64,000 nucleotides of DNA from Eremomyces bilateralis CBS 781.70. Its lineage: Eukaryota. The notes under the pieces are model-generated. The model was not told the DNA's origin. It did not search any database and was given only the letters and a program-made list of their open reading frames with translations. Both the position numbers and the translations under genes were made by a program. Position 1 is the stretch's first letter. Every line of letters begins with the position of its first letter. This document shows, piece by piece, positions 14,506 through 27,600 of the stretch. The DNA is taken from assembly GCA_010015585.1 (NCBI GenBank), contig ML975164.1; one strand, 5' to 3'.

Positions 14506-14854
14506 CCTCGCCGAAGTTCTGGAAGTTTCTACGGGAGATATGATTAAATGGCTCTTGTGGGGAGATTGTGAACTGAAGGAATAGGTCAACGGTGGAGAAC
14601 AAATGATCAATGACCACGGCGACAATTTGACTATTAAACGGATACTCCGCAAGCCGTCTCGTGTATTGCCTACCCCATGCACGTTAGATCATTGTTTAGT
14701 ACACCACCATCGAGCATCAAAGAATGAAATCATATTTCGTCTCGCAATGATATGCACCACCCAGCACCCCATCCCATACCCCACCAAAACGCCACACTCC
14801 CACAATGCACCTGGTAGTATCCATAAAGCAAGCGCCCTCCCACCTCATCCCGCC

Positions 14855-17504
14855 TCACCGCGTCACCTCCGTCCCCATAACCGTCATCTCTTCAATCGCA
14901 TGCGGACTCTTCGACCGTCCCCGCTTCGCGAACCCCGCCGTCAACGACCCAGACCCCTCGTTTTTCTGCACGGGCAACCCCCCGAGCGGATCTTCGTCGC
15001 TGTCGCCGCTGCTGTCGATTTCCGTGAAAGGCTCGGGGTCTTTCTCGGAGATGACAGGGTCGATGGTCGGCACGGGGGTTGTCTCTTTGCGCTGACTGAC
15101 TGGCTTCTCTGATTCGAGGTGGGTAGTGGGTTGGGGTGGTGGCGCGCGGTCGCCTTTCGGTATGGGCGTCCGCGGTCGTGAGGCGGGTCGCGAGCCAGGG
15201 TCGACGAGCGTGGTCATCGTAGTATTCCGCTCCGAGCGCTCGACGGCACTAAGCACGGTCTGGGGACCATCCGAATGCACTTGCGTCTCGCTCGGGGCGA
15301 AGGACGACGAAGCTTGCGCGGTGACGGGCGGGCCGTTCATCTCCTCGTTGGTGCGGCCGAAGAGCTCGAACCACCAGCGGGTGTTGTCGAGTTCAGGGAA
15401 GAGCATGCGTTCCTTGCCCTTAGCGTTGTCGTCGACGACGGGGTCGTATTTGTCGTTGATGAACTGGGGGCGGCGGGAGAGGAAGTAGTCCCAGACGGAG
15501 CGGGAGCGGTGGCGGATGTTGGCGTCGACGCGCTCTTTCTCGGAGTCGAAGAGGAATGTGCCGTATTGGCAGGAGTAGAGGTGGTACAGGAGACGGCGGA
15601 GGAAGCGTTCGTTGAACTCGAAGCGGGTGGGGTGATGGTGGAGGAGTTGGTAGGTGGCGTCGAGGAATTGATGAAAGACGGGGGAGGTTTCTTTGACTTT
15701 CGTGGCGTGCCTCTCATTCGGCGGATGCGGGTCCACGAGGGGTGCGGATGGGGAGTCGCGTCCTTGCATGTCGGAATCGGAGCCCGGCAGGCTTTCGCGG
15801 CTTTCGTTGCTTCGGTTGAAAAATCCTTTCGCGCTGCGGAGAGCATTCTCGAGAGCTTTGCCGGGACCAATGTTAGCTGTAGGATCGGCGAGACCTGATG
15901 TCACCCTGTTACCACCAATACGCTCGTTTTCAATATCGAACCATTTCTCACTGCTGAGGAAGCCGGATCGATGGCGGAACATGTGTCCGAATGAGAGGAA
16001 GTCTTTCTCAACGAGGACCATGAACCCCTCCAGCGTCCTGTAGTAGGGATCGAGGCACATCTGGGCGAGGCAGCTCAATTGACTGGTGCGATCCCAGCCA
16101 TCCGAGCAATGTATGAGGACGTGCGAATGATGGATCCCAACTTGACGTGCGACCAGCGCCGCACCATCGAGGATGCTGGTGATATGCTTGATCCATCCAC
16201 TCTTTGTGAGTTGTTCTCGGTTCGGTGGTAACGTCGTATAGTCCGCATCTTTCAGGGCCTCGATCACGGTCTGGAGACTCTCTCTCATAACATGAATATT
16301 ACCAATCCCCAGATAGGCCTTGGTTGCGAACTTGTAGTTATCCATGTTTTCGGAACCCATCCCTTGAGCATGGTTGACCAAAGCATTGATGCCCGGTCTG
16401 GCATCTACGATGAGGTTACTTTGTTGCGCACCGTATACCTTGACCATTCCTTCTTCTCTTTGACCATTCATGCGAGCAAGTACTTGGTTTTCGATTGCTT
16501 CAGCGTCCGCATATGAACCATCTTCCGTCGCCGGGAGTGGCGGTTCTCCCTGACTCGATCCACCCTGACTCGGTCCTGATGCTCCTTCAACGGTCACATT
16601 AGACGCGGATGAGGCCGAGGACTCCATGGACTCCCCTCCCCTTTCCGAGGTTGCGAAGATGGCAGCTAACAGCCGCTCATCTTGTACGCTACGGTGGTTC
16701 CGCACGCCCACGAGAGGCTGCGAGCTTCGTGTGATGGTGCAGTGGTTGATGGGGTGAAGGTAGGATAGGACCGGGATTCGGACCTTGGAGCGGTAGCGGC
16801 CAGCGTAATTCAGCGTATTGTCGGATATGCAGGATGGGACAGGAAGAAGCGCGGGGTATGTTGGAGAGTACTGGACAACAAGTTAGCGCTTTCGCCTCGG
16901 TGGGGGATTTGTTGCACACCTTATAGTCCTGATTGATGGTAGATATCCTCCATCCCTTGTCCGAGTCTTTCTCCCCGACCCCTAACCTCCGCCACTCTTT
17001 CGCAGCGTCGTACAGATCCCAGCCGTTGAGCTCTTTCTCCGGACTCTGGGGCTCATAGCTGAAAGCATAGAGCTTGTCGATCCGTCCCAGTTTGCAGGTC
17101 AGGGAGCGGATGGTGTCGTAGACCTGTCTTGCCTGCTCTTCCACCACAAACTGGAAAGCCACGAACATGAAGTCTCGACATCGCAGACGGATGGACGAAT
17201 GTTGTCGCGAGAGGGTGGCGACGTAGGCAGGTCGGTATGTGCAGAATGAAATCATAGGATAGGTGATCCATATTTCTCGTTGCCTGGGAGGCTTGTCGGG
17301 TGGTGGTTGCTGGTCGCTGGGGAGCTTCGATGGTGGAGGGATGTATGTGAAGATGAGGTGGTGGGGAGTCAGATGGAGGATCCCTATGGCCTTTTGTCCT
17401 TGTCGCCATAATGTCACATCTTCCACCTATCTCGCGGTTAGTATTATAGTATTATACACGACAACGCCATGACCACCTACCTTCGATATCCGGATCTTGT
17501 CCAT
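14855..17504 (-). CDS. YMR1: Myotubularin-family phosphoinositide 3-phosphatase
   Basis: Catalytic HCSDGWDRT, YSPTYP, RSSQPL, SPVFHQFLD, FEFNE; first exon MDKIRISK, introns 17427-17480 and ~16871-16919. Confidence 0.93.
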
Positions 17505-18080
17505 TTACCATGCATCTGTACTCGACGCTCGAGTACGGAGCAGCAAGGAATCAGTGGATGTGCAATCAACTCCTCCTCCCCTTGAACGAACGTAGCAGTA
17601 TTGTGATATTCAGTAAAATAATTCAGAGAGCATGTACGGTATTCCTCAGGCTTATGAAGAGCGAAAGTAGGTGGTTTGCTAGTTTGCTGCACAGCCATGA
17701 ATATCATCACCAGGGTTGAGAGCTGACAGCTTAAGACATCGGAGTCCTAGACAGGCGGAGTGGCAGAACTGGGCAGTGACAGACTGGATCTGATGTAGTC
17801 AATAACTAGCGGCGCCGCGGGCAGGCGCGGGGCGATCCCATGCATCGTTCCTTCTGTATGACTGTGACAGGGGTGAGGCTGCAAGGCTGCAAGGCTACAA
17901 GTTTGAAGGCCAGGCAATAAGGCACCCTATTTGTATCCAACACCAGTCTTGGCGCACATGTCGCTTGCTCTCTCTCCAAAATTCAACCACCACATCGACA
18001 TCGACGCTGCATCGTGATTATCTCTCTCGACACCACCACCCAACACACCCAGACATCTCTTGAAGCAACACTCGGTCAAG

Positions 18081-19155
18081 ATGTCAGCAGCACAGACTAC
18101 CATGTATGTTTTCCAATTAGCGAATGGGAATCGAATTGAAGCTAATGTGTACCCAGGTCCAAGCGGAGGAAGTTCGTTGCAGGTACGATATACACAATTT
18201 CCACTCTAGAAATCAAGATGCTCTGCATTCCGTCCATAAGCGACGATATTACGACACATGCCAAAATGAACCTCGATTTGAGAGACGCGATCAATTGAAG
18301 AGAAACCAAAACTAACCTCCACCTCCCAGACGGTGTTTTCTACGCCGAACTCAACGAATTCTTCCAGCGCGAACTCGCCGAAGAAGGCTACTCCGGCGTC
18401 GAAGTGCGCGTGACCCCGACCGTCACCGACATCATCGTCCGCGCGACCCACACGCAAGAGGTCCTCGGCGAGCAAGGCCGCCGCATCCGCGAACTCACCT
18501 CCCTCATCCAGAAGCGCTTCAAGTTCCCCGAGAACTCCGTCTCCCTCTACGCCGCCAAGGTGCAGAACCGCGGGCTGTCGGCCGTTGCGCAATGCGAGTC
18601 GCTCCGATACAAGCTGTTGAACGGTCTGGCTGTCCGGAGAGCGTGCTATGGTGTGCTGCGGTTCATCATGGAGAGTGGCGCGAAGGGGTGTGAGGTGGTG
18701 GTTTCTGGAAAGCTGAGGGCTGCGCGTGCCAAGAGCATGAAGTTCACCGTGAGTCTCCTCTCCCCGTCCTCTCAAATTTTCTCGATGTTCCGAGCGTTAT
18801 GGAACGTTCGCTAACCTCCTCCGAGGACGGCTTCATGATCCACTCCGGTCAACCCGCCAAAGACTTCATCGACTTCGCTACCCGCCACGTCCTCCTCCGC
18901 CAAGGTGTCCTCGGGATCAAGGTAAAGATCATGCGTGGCGCCGACCCCGACGGCAAGGCTGGCCCGCAGAAGGCCCTTCCCGACTCCGTCACCGTCATCG
19001 AGCCCAAGGAGGAGCAGCCGGTCGTACAGCCCATGAGCCAGGACTACGGCGCCAAGGCCATCCAGGCACAGCAGGCCGCGGAGCAGCAGAGGCTGGAGGA
19101 GCAGGCCGCGGAGGAGCAAGGGGAGGAGCAGCCGCAGCCGGCTTTTGAGCAGTAG
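18081..19155 (+). CDS. RPS3: 40S ribosomal protein uS3
   Basis: [20 protein letters not shown]...GRRIRELT...[16 protein letters not shown]; introns 18104-18156, 18183-18329, 18749-18825. Confidence 0.97.
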
Positions 19156-20840
19156 AGGAAAAGAGGGGGGAAGTGGATTGCTTTATGGCACGGGCAGGTG
19201 ATGCCGTCGGACTACGATGGCTCATGGAGTAAATTTTTAGGGTGTCAAAAGCATAACTTCAATGAAGCAATGGCATGTTCAAGTATCAACGTGCCTGTCA
19301 TTCGAGAACCAGACAGACGTCCATGAGAATGGGGTTATTGCCCTCGGTGTTTCCATCCGGATCTTGGGAAGCGTGATGTTTCCCACCGTCGTAAGCGCCC
19401 GTTCTTGAGGCCCCTTGCCGCTCGAGCCAATGCCATGAGAAACATTCCGACAATGCTGAACCAAACAAGCCTGCATATACCCTCCTCGTGGCTCGATTCC
19501 CGATTCCCGGAGTGTGGGACAACAGTGTCCCCTTACCGGTTGTTAGATGGTAGGCATTGGAGGAGATGCAAGGGATTCAATATATGGCTGTTAGGGGGGA
19601 GGCGACGGCTAGGTATTGGACCAAGGTTCGGATACTCGGAGTCTCGGCCAACGGGTATTGTTATTCGAAACCGGAGGAATAGACGCATGTCCGGAAAGTC
19701 GGGTTGACTTGCTATGTAAAACAGAGGCGGGTTCGGACGGTGGATGATGTTGACTTAGAAAAAGGTTTGCAGGGGGAGCATTTCGAACTAGGGTGCGGAA
19801 TATAATCATTGCGGCCGAGGGGGCTGTAGTCCATATTTCTATGCATACTGCTAGTATGGTATTTATTAAGTACTCTTCCACCATAAATGTTGTGGACTGC
19901 CGGATCTTGATTAGTATCGGCTCTCCAGCTTGACCGACATTCCAGTGTGCAGAGTTCAGTTGGGCGCTGAAAAGCCAGCTCAGTGGTCTATGAATATCTG
20001 AATTCACAACCGACACAGCGTTATGGTACTCTTCTCAGACGCGCCAACCAACTCTGAGCATTCATACTGATGACAATGCCTACGGCCAAACAGAGCCAGT
20101 TACTCCAACCAATGACTGCTCCACCATACACTCCTGAGAGCCGACTACAACGAATGCCGTGTCTACATCGGTTTCAAGTTTCGACAACCGGGTCCAAACT
20201 CCATCCCAATCGGCAGTGCCCGAGCTGTTGGGTGTGGAACCCCCTACACATTACACATCTGCGGCGGCCAACGCCAACTGGTGCCTCAGAACGCAGATAG
20301 GATGATGTGCAGAGGGCGGACACTGGTGAGATTTTTCGGATTCGTTGGCGGGCTGATGGAGATAAAAATGGCATCACCACATTTGTCGAATCCTGTGTCA
20401 GCATGAGTACGGAGTCCTGGTAGTGACACCTCTGGAATCCTCGGCTGTCCACAGCAGTCCACAGCAGTCCAAATATCCAATGGTGAATGGACTGCCACAG
20501 GTCATCACTATGAAAAATACGGATAGTTCGTTGGATATTCATTCTCGTCCGTGATGTTTTGGTGGAGCGCCACTTCACGCCTTCACCTGTCCGTTGCCCG
20601 GTGGCCAGAAGACTCGTCGGCTCAGAACGGCAGATGGCGTCGCGGATCGGCTCCGTAGGATGGCACTGATTCGGGGAGACGATGCAACAGGGGGGGAAGG
20701 AAAACCTTCCAGCCCAACAAGTCAACATAAGTCATAAGTCATAGTCTAGTTAAGACATAAGTCACAACTGTCGGCGGCGGATCTTCCAGTTGAAAACTTG
20801 AAATTGATGTTGACAAATGACAACGGATTAGACGGCATCC

Positions 20841-20884
20841 CCTGGTAGAAAAGGCCTAGTAAAAAGGCCCCTGGTAAAAAAGGC
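20841..20884. repeat. Three imperfect copies of CCT(G/A)GTA(G)AAAAGG
   Basis: cctggtagaaaagg cctagtaaaaagg cc cctggtaaaaaagg, read directly. Confidence 0.7.
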
Positions 20885-21407
20885 GGTGGTTCCCTGTCGC
20901 CACAGCAAATCCATGAGAGCCGCTAACACCAGTCCTTCATCTTATCGCAACAACATTCAAAACATCGTTGGGTGTATCCTCTCCTTCGTCTGCAATAATA
21001 ACACCTCTTTATCTATCCGCCTTTGAACCCTATTCCTGACTTGGATACCTCTTCCTTTCAATCCTCCTTCGCTTAAAGGGTCCCTCTATCAGTCACTCTC
21101 CTGTGCACCCCCTTGCCGCTGTCCGTCCCTTTCGATCCCTTCACATCAACATCCCTTCTCGGGCATTCAATCCTCCTCTACCTCGCTCCCCACGATATCT
21201 TGTGCTGTTTTGGTACCAAAGTGTTCCGTTGGACATTTTCGGACGCCATCGGGAACCCCGAAACGCCCTCGTTTGCAATAGATGCACCTCGACCCGTACA
21301 CAACATCGCTAGTCCGCCACAGGGAGTTCTATTCCTACCGCTGCATTGTATCACGAACCATCGATCATTGCTGAACCTCCGCAGTCGCTCGTTTGGGTCA
21401 GCTACAG

Positions 21408-21442
21408 TTCCAGCGTCATTAATTCCAGCGTCATTAATTCCA
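21408..21442. repeat. 15-bp tandem duplication
   Basis: ttccagcgtcattaa x2 plus a partial third copy. Confidence 0.8.
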
Positions 21443-21743
21443 AGACCGTCAAGATCCCACCGAGACATTGCATTCCCCATCCAAGGGAGTCGTGGATGCG
21501 ATATACCTCCTGCAGGTTGCCTTGGACTATCGGATCTAGTATCTCAATAAGAGGATCTTTGTGTTTCACAACATTGAAGAGTATAATAGAGGATAGGATT
21601 GTCTGAGGTGGAGTGGCGGAGCCCATTCACGAGCGAGGACGTAGACGACGAGAAAACTGCGGAAGCGTTTAGAGCTACAAACGATCGTCTTAGCGACGAC
21701 TAAGCGTCCTCACAATCACACATCACCGAAAAGAATTGTGAGG

Positions 21744-24700
21744 ATGTTTTCACATCACCGTTCCTCACAATCCCTCTCCTACCGGCCTACCACTTCACCA
21801 CTCCCATCACTCGCAGATGAGACCACCCGCTCAGTCCGCGCATCAACCTGGGTCGCCAACCGCCGCATGACCAATGATTTCGGCTCAAGACCATCCCACA
21901 TCGCCAGCTTATCCGGAAACTCAACCGGGGATTTAACCTCCTGGAGTGCCGGCTTTTCAGACGCATCGTCAACTGCAACTGGAGATCACTCGAAACCCGA
22001 TCGCTTCAAGCGCTCCATCCACGAAATTTCCAACAACGTCCGCTCGATCGCTCGCCGCGCCTCCAACTCTGTCCGTCTACATCCTCGACCATTGAAGTCA
22101 AGAAAAGGCTCCATCGACCAACTTGATGCGCCCTCATCGATCCACGCACAATTACAAGCAGTCGTCGAAGTCCCGAGCTCGCTTTCACAAGACACCGTGG
22201 AGGAGGCCGACGCCGGTGAAGAAATAGACACCGAACCGGCAACTGACAGTGCCCGCGACACACCGGCGGAAATGGGGAGTAGTCAGAGCAGACCGTCCGG
22301 TTGTCCTAGCCGCCGTCCGAGCATCTTCCGCGGCCGACGACAGGCCGTGTCCACCGCCGCAGGAACCACCGCCGCGCAGGCGGGATATCCCGTGTATAGC
22401 CAGAACGGCGCATTCATGGTCGACGGCGCCGTCATTCCGAACCGCGCCGGGTCCGCCGCTCGAGCCGCCGCCGCCGCGCAGAACGGCACGATGAGTACGA
22501 AGGAGTCCAATCAAGTCCAACCTCCGCTCCAACCACCCTCCGAACATCGAGCGCCCGCCCTGCCCATCAGCTCACCGATTCCCATCTCCTCCACCATGCC
22601 GAGCTTCATTGAGCGAGAGCCGCAGATGTCCGGCCGGATGGCGAGCCACCTGTCCGAGCTGCGCGAACGGCCTTGGAAGTTCGTCCGATGGGGAGAAGGG
22701 AATGGAGCGGATGGAGCGGCGGGCTTGGGTCCGCCGGTGGCAGCGGGATATGGATACCATGCTTTCGGATCGGAGTTGGCAGGGAAAGCGGCGGTGTTGA
22801 AACATTCGCAGGTGGAAGGGGCGAAGGCTTTGGCGAGGGCGGATTCGCTTTCGCCGATGTTGCGGGCTAAGGGAGTTGGTAAGTTTATATGTCCCGTTTG
22901 TTTGTTTTCTAATTTCTATGTCGAGGGGGGTGATGGGAGTTTGGTGGTGATTACCATGAAGTACCATGGTTTCACCTGCGGATCATCACCATGGAGATGG
23001 TTGGTGTTTACGGCATTGCACTTTCCAACCTGTGGACTGTGGTACACTCATCCCAACATCCCGTTCTCCCCACCATCAGACATCTCCTCTCCTTTCTGGA
23101 CTCCTATTTCCATTTCCTGTCACTCGTTTCCATATCTGTCCAACGCATCATCAAGATGGATAATCTGTCTACAGTCATGTTGGAGCTTGATATTAACAGT
23201 ACCATTTACGCAGACCCGGCGATGCGCTTGCCCCCTGAACTCATGATCGAAATTCTCGGCTACCTCGACGCCCGCTCTCTCAGTCGCAGCGAACTCGTCT
23301 CTGGTCGCTGGGCCGCCCTCTCTCGCTCCCAGCATTGCTGGCGCGCCTCCTTCCTCTCCGCGTACAAACCCACGATCAACGTTACCCCTCAACCGCGCAT
23401 GATGGGCGGCCTGGGAATCGGCACCAAACCCAACGGCACCCAGGACTATAAGCAAATGTACAAAGCCCGGCACTTGATTGAAGGTAACTGGCTCCACTGC
23501 AGCCCCCGAGCGATCTACTTCACCGGTCATACCGACAGTGTGTACTGCTGCCAATTCGATGAGGACAAGCTCATCACGGGATCGCGTGACCGCACCATCC
23601 GGGTGTGGTCGATGCGCGATTTCCGCTGTCTCAAAGTCATCGGAGGCCCGGCATCCCGCCCGGTTCGCGACGACCCGGAGACCCGTCTGCCTACCCATCC
23701 GCACGCAACGGTGATGGACCGCCCCAGCCTCAACGGCACCTCCGAAGGCAACGAAATCTACCACATCCCTGAACAATACCACCAGGCCTCCATCCTGTGC
23801 CTCCACTACGACGACACCCATATGGTGACCGGCTCCAGCGACACCACTTGCCTCGTCTGGGACCTCGCGACCTTCGAGCCCGTGCGCCGCCTCCGCAAAC
23901 ACTCCGCCGGCGTCCTCGATGTCTGCATGGACAGCACCCGCATCATCTCCTGTAGCAAAGACGCCACCATCTGCCTCTGGGACCGCGCCACCGGCGACCT
24001 CCTCGGCGTTCTCACCGGCCACAACGGCCCCGTCAACGCCGTCCAGCTGCGCGGCAACCTCCTCGTCAGCGCCTCCGGTGACGGCGTCGCCAAGCTCTGG
24101 AACCTCCAAACCCAGAAATGCATCCGCGACTTCCCCAGCAAAGACCGCGGGTTAGCCGCCGTCGAGTTCAGCGCCGACACGCGCTTCGTTCTCGCGGGCG
24201 GAAACGACCAGGTTATCTACAAGTTCGACTCCGCTACCGGGGAGCTACTACACACGTATCGCGGGCACACAGGCCTCGTGCGCAGCCTGTTCCTCGACTC
24301 GGTGAACGGGCGAGTGATTTCCGGGAGCTACGACCAGAGCATGCGGGTTTATTCGTTCGACGGGGCGGCGCGGTCGAAGCGGTTCCAGCCGTCCGCGCCA
24401 TCCGCGCGGGAGCTGCTGCAGAATCCCGAACTGCAGGGCTCCGTCATCCACAGCCGGCTGCCCTCGACCGCGTCGCAGGCCACCAGCGCCAGCGGGACGA
24501 GCACCGCACATCACTTCGCATCGTTCAACGCCGATAACGACGCGATGGACGTGGATGAGGCGGTGGATGTGGGGGCGGAGGAGCGGAATGATGGGGAGCG
24601 GGAGATTGGGAGCTATATGGATTGGACGACGAGTTGGATCCTTGCAGCGAAGGGGGATTATCGGCGGATCGTGGCGACGAGTCAGGATGGGAGAGCGGTG

Positions 24701-24760
24701 TTAATGGATTATGGTTGGGCGGTGGAGGGGGTGGAGATGTTGAGAGGGGAGGGCGTTTGA
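21744..24760 (+). CDS. F-box/WD40 protein (beta-TrCP/Pof11-like SCF substrate receptor) with a disordered N-terminus
   Basis: F-box DPAMRLPPELMIEILGYLD; WD repeats GHTDSVYCCQFD...GSRDRTIRVW, GSSDTTCLVWD, GHNGPVNAVQL, GHTGLVRSL; probable intron 22879-23213. Confidence 0.85.
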
Positions 24761-25523
24761 GGGTTGGCGTGGAGATCGGAGGTGGAGAGGGGAGCTGTTG
24801 GGGGGTTTGTGTTTTGAGGGGTAGTTGGTTGATGTGAATGAGTTGAGATGTTGTTCTGCCATCTCCAGTCAACATTGTCGGATCCGAAGGCGTTCTCTTT
24901 TGAACCCTTCCATGTCGATTTGGGGATTCCTGCCTGTTTTCATGCCACCCTCTAGCGTTCGTGCCTTTGTTCAGTTCTTTGCGTTCTGCCTAACTAGCGA
25001 TGGCGTTTTATTCCTGCTGCTTTGCCTGCATGCCTTGATGGGAAGCGACTTTTACCTTCTGAGCATTTCTTGCATTGCGCCTGCGGTGGATAGTTGTTGT
25101 CTTCTTCCGCTCTACTTCTTCCTTCGCACATTTGGCGGATTCTTGACATGCCTCAACTGCATTAACACGAGTTTCCGAAATTGCTCTTTACTGATTATCA
25201 AATCATCCATGACGACGCCGTCACATGGTCGATCAATCACTGATGTTTTATCACGACTCGCTTCCTTTCGCCTGACCGGCAGTATTGGAGAGCTTATGAT
25301 CAGCGGGGTTGGGTGTAGAATAGATCTGCGAACTTTGCTTGTATAATACCATACGGTAATCCAATACTTGGGTATATCAAAACCACGCACCGATTCGCTC
25401 CGTCAAGTGACCACACCCGAACTCCGCGTATCCGTTCCTCCTCATCGCTTCCCTCTGAATCCATAGACGAAGCAATGCTTCTCATTTCTCCAAAGTGGAC
25501 GACGATGCGTGCATGCTAGAGCC

Positions 25524-27278
25524 CTACGCCTTGGGGCTGCTCGCGGGCGACCCTCCCGTCTTCGCCTTCAGCGCGGAGAAGAACTTCGATAGCTCCTTGT
25601 TGTCCATGTCGGACTTCGCCTCCGATTTTGCTGTCGTTGGGGTTATGGGGGTAGCTGGGGCGTCCGGCTTTGGTGCGGCTCGGCTTGCTTCGCGTTCCTG
25701 TTGATTGTTCTCCCTTAGCCAATATTCTCCTTGCAAAGCTATGGCCATGCCGCGACCATACAATCGACGAAATGAGGGAAAGGCATCGTCCGGATTGTAG
25801 TCGAGGAATGAAAATGACGTAGAGAATCATACCTCAATCCTCCTGATCTCCTCCTCAGCATCCACATTCACCCCCCCGAAATTAAACTGCACCGGCCCAA
25901 TATGATCCTCCACCACCCTCCCTCCCGCACTCTCCGTCGTCGCCGCCACAATCGAGCTCAGCACCCCCGCGTTGCTCGCCTTCGGCTTGTTCGCCTTCTC
26001 CTTCTCGTCCTCACCCTGCAACTTGTCGAGGATCGACCGCTGCTGCTCGAGGAACACTTGGTTGTCGGGCGCGGACACAGAGATGCTAGTAGCGTGCGAG
26101 CGGATGAGGTCAGTGCCGAGGGTGCCGCGCGGAGAGGGGATGTGGGATTTATAGAGGGCGAGGACGGAGGACGTTTCGGAATGATCGGGGGAGTCTGAAG
26201 GCGATTGGTCGGATGGTTGGAGAGAGTTGGAGGGAGAAGACGCGTCGATGTCGAGGTCCCAGATCTTGCTGACTTCTTCGACGTCCAATCCTTCTCTTAA
26301 CACGCGGATCTTGCCCCAGGAGTCCCAGTTCGGCGGCACCAGGACCTGATCGCGATCGATTACGTTATGCTTCAACTGACTCCGTTTCAACATCGATTGA
26401 ATTCCCAACATCGCGTGCACCAGATCCCGCATGGGCGCCGATGCCTGTGGAGACGACATCGTGTATACCAGCCCCGCACCATGCTTCAGCAAGACCGTCC
26501 GTAGAACCTGCAGAACGAAATCGAACTCCTCTTCCCTCCACCCCCGTTCCCGCTCGAGCCCTTCTATCGCCTCGGCGTTCTGCGCAACCACGCACAGCGG
26601 CAGCCCGAGCGGCGAATCCCATTCCCCCGGCCCTAACGGCACCACCACATCAGAGCCCGCCGTTCCAGGTCTTTCACCCGCACTCGCCTCCGCGCCGGGG
26701 CCTCGCTTCCGCTCCCTCCACGCCCTTACCTCCGCCTCCATCACCTCCTTGACCTCATCGTCCGCTCCGTCCACTAGGATTCTCACCCAGCGTATCCACC
26801 CGCGTAACTTCCGCAACCATTCCCATGGCCGTGCCCAGTCGAGTAGCAGGACAACGCACATCCCCCCGTCGACCGCGTCTTTCGACAACACCACTTTCCT
26901 AGCCAACGGCACTAGCGCCTCGTCTGCGGGGTCGGAGACCATATAGCACCCTACCCTTGCCAGAACATCTTCCTGGTCAGCGTCCAGCACATCATGGTAC
27001 GTGTACCCCAGCGCTAGGTCGTTTGCGAGCGGGTTACTAGGGTTCGTAGTGTTCCGCAGATTGTTCAGGGGTCGGTTACGCGAGGACGCAGGGTCATGTG
27101 TTAGGGAGGTGAGGAAATCGCGTTGGGAATTCGGAGTGCCGCCGAGGATAAGGAGGGTTTTGTTGGGGAGGCGTTTGCTGGTGCTGGCGGCGTCGAGGAG
27201 GGAGGACCAGATGGAGGGGGGTTGGGCGGTGGTGGTGGTGGATGCACCGGTGGAGGAGCGGGGTGGACGGGAGGCCAT
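25524..27278 (-). CDS. Cytoplasmic dynein light intermediate chain
   Basis: SIWSSLL, LALGYTYHDVLDADQED, LLKHGAGLVYT, IDRDQVLVPPNWDSWGKIRVLREG, C-terminal LSKFFSAL helix; intron 25698-25832. Confidence 0.9.
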
Positions 27279-27600
27279 TGTTTGCGCAGTGAGAGGGTAT
27301 GGGTGTTTGTGGGAGAATAGCTGGATTATATTCTCATTTTTGTGAACGCTGGAATGTGTTTGGTTATGTTGGTTATGTTGATGATATGGAACGACGTTGA
27401 AATTTGGGAGACGCGAATTTCCCCAGATTCCGCGTCGAAGCTCGGACCAATCAATCGGACTTTTTGATATGACGAGGTGACGACTGTTTCTTCAACTTTG
27501 ATATTATATTCCCACCAAACAATCCGTACAAAAATTCAGCCAGAGATAACATGAGGATCGAATTCCATATCTGATAAAACAAAGCGAACCACCAGTCAAC

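Noticed and set aside
18183..18329. Longer RPS3 intron as a snoRNA host
   Set aside because: No convincing C/D or H/ACA arrangement by eye; an Infernal/snoscan search would settle it.
23120..24109. 329-aa antisense ORF (also 39-584, 15275-15898, 43229-43918)
   Set aside because: Shadows of real genes caused by GC-rich codon bias; no recognisable motifs.
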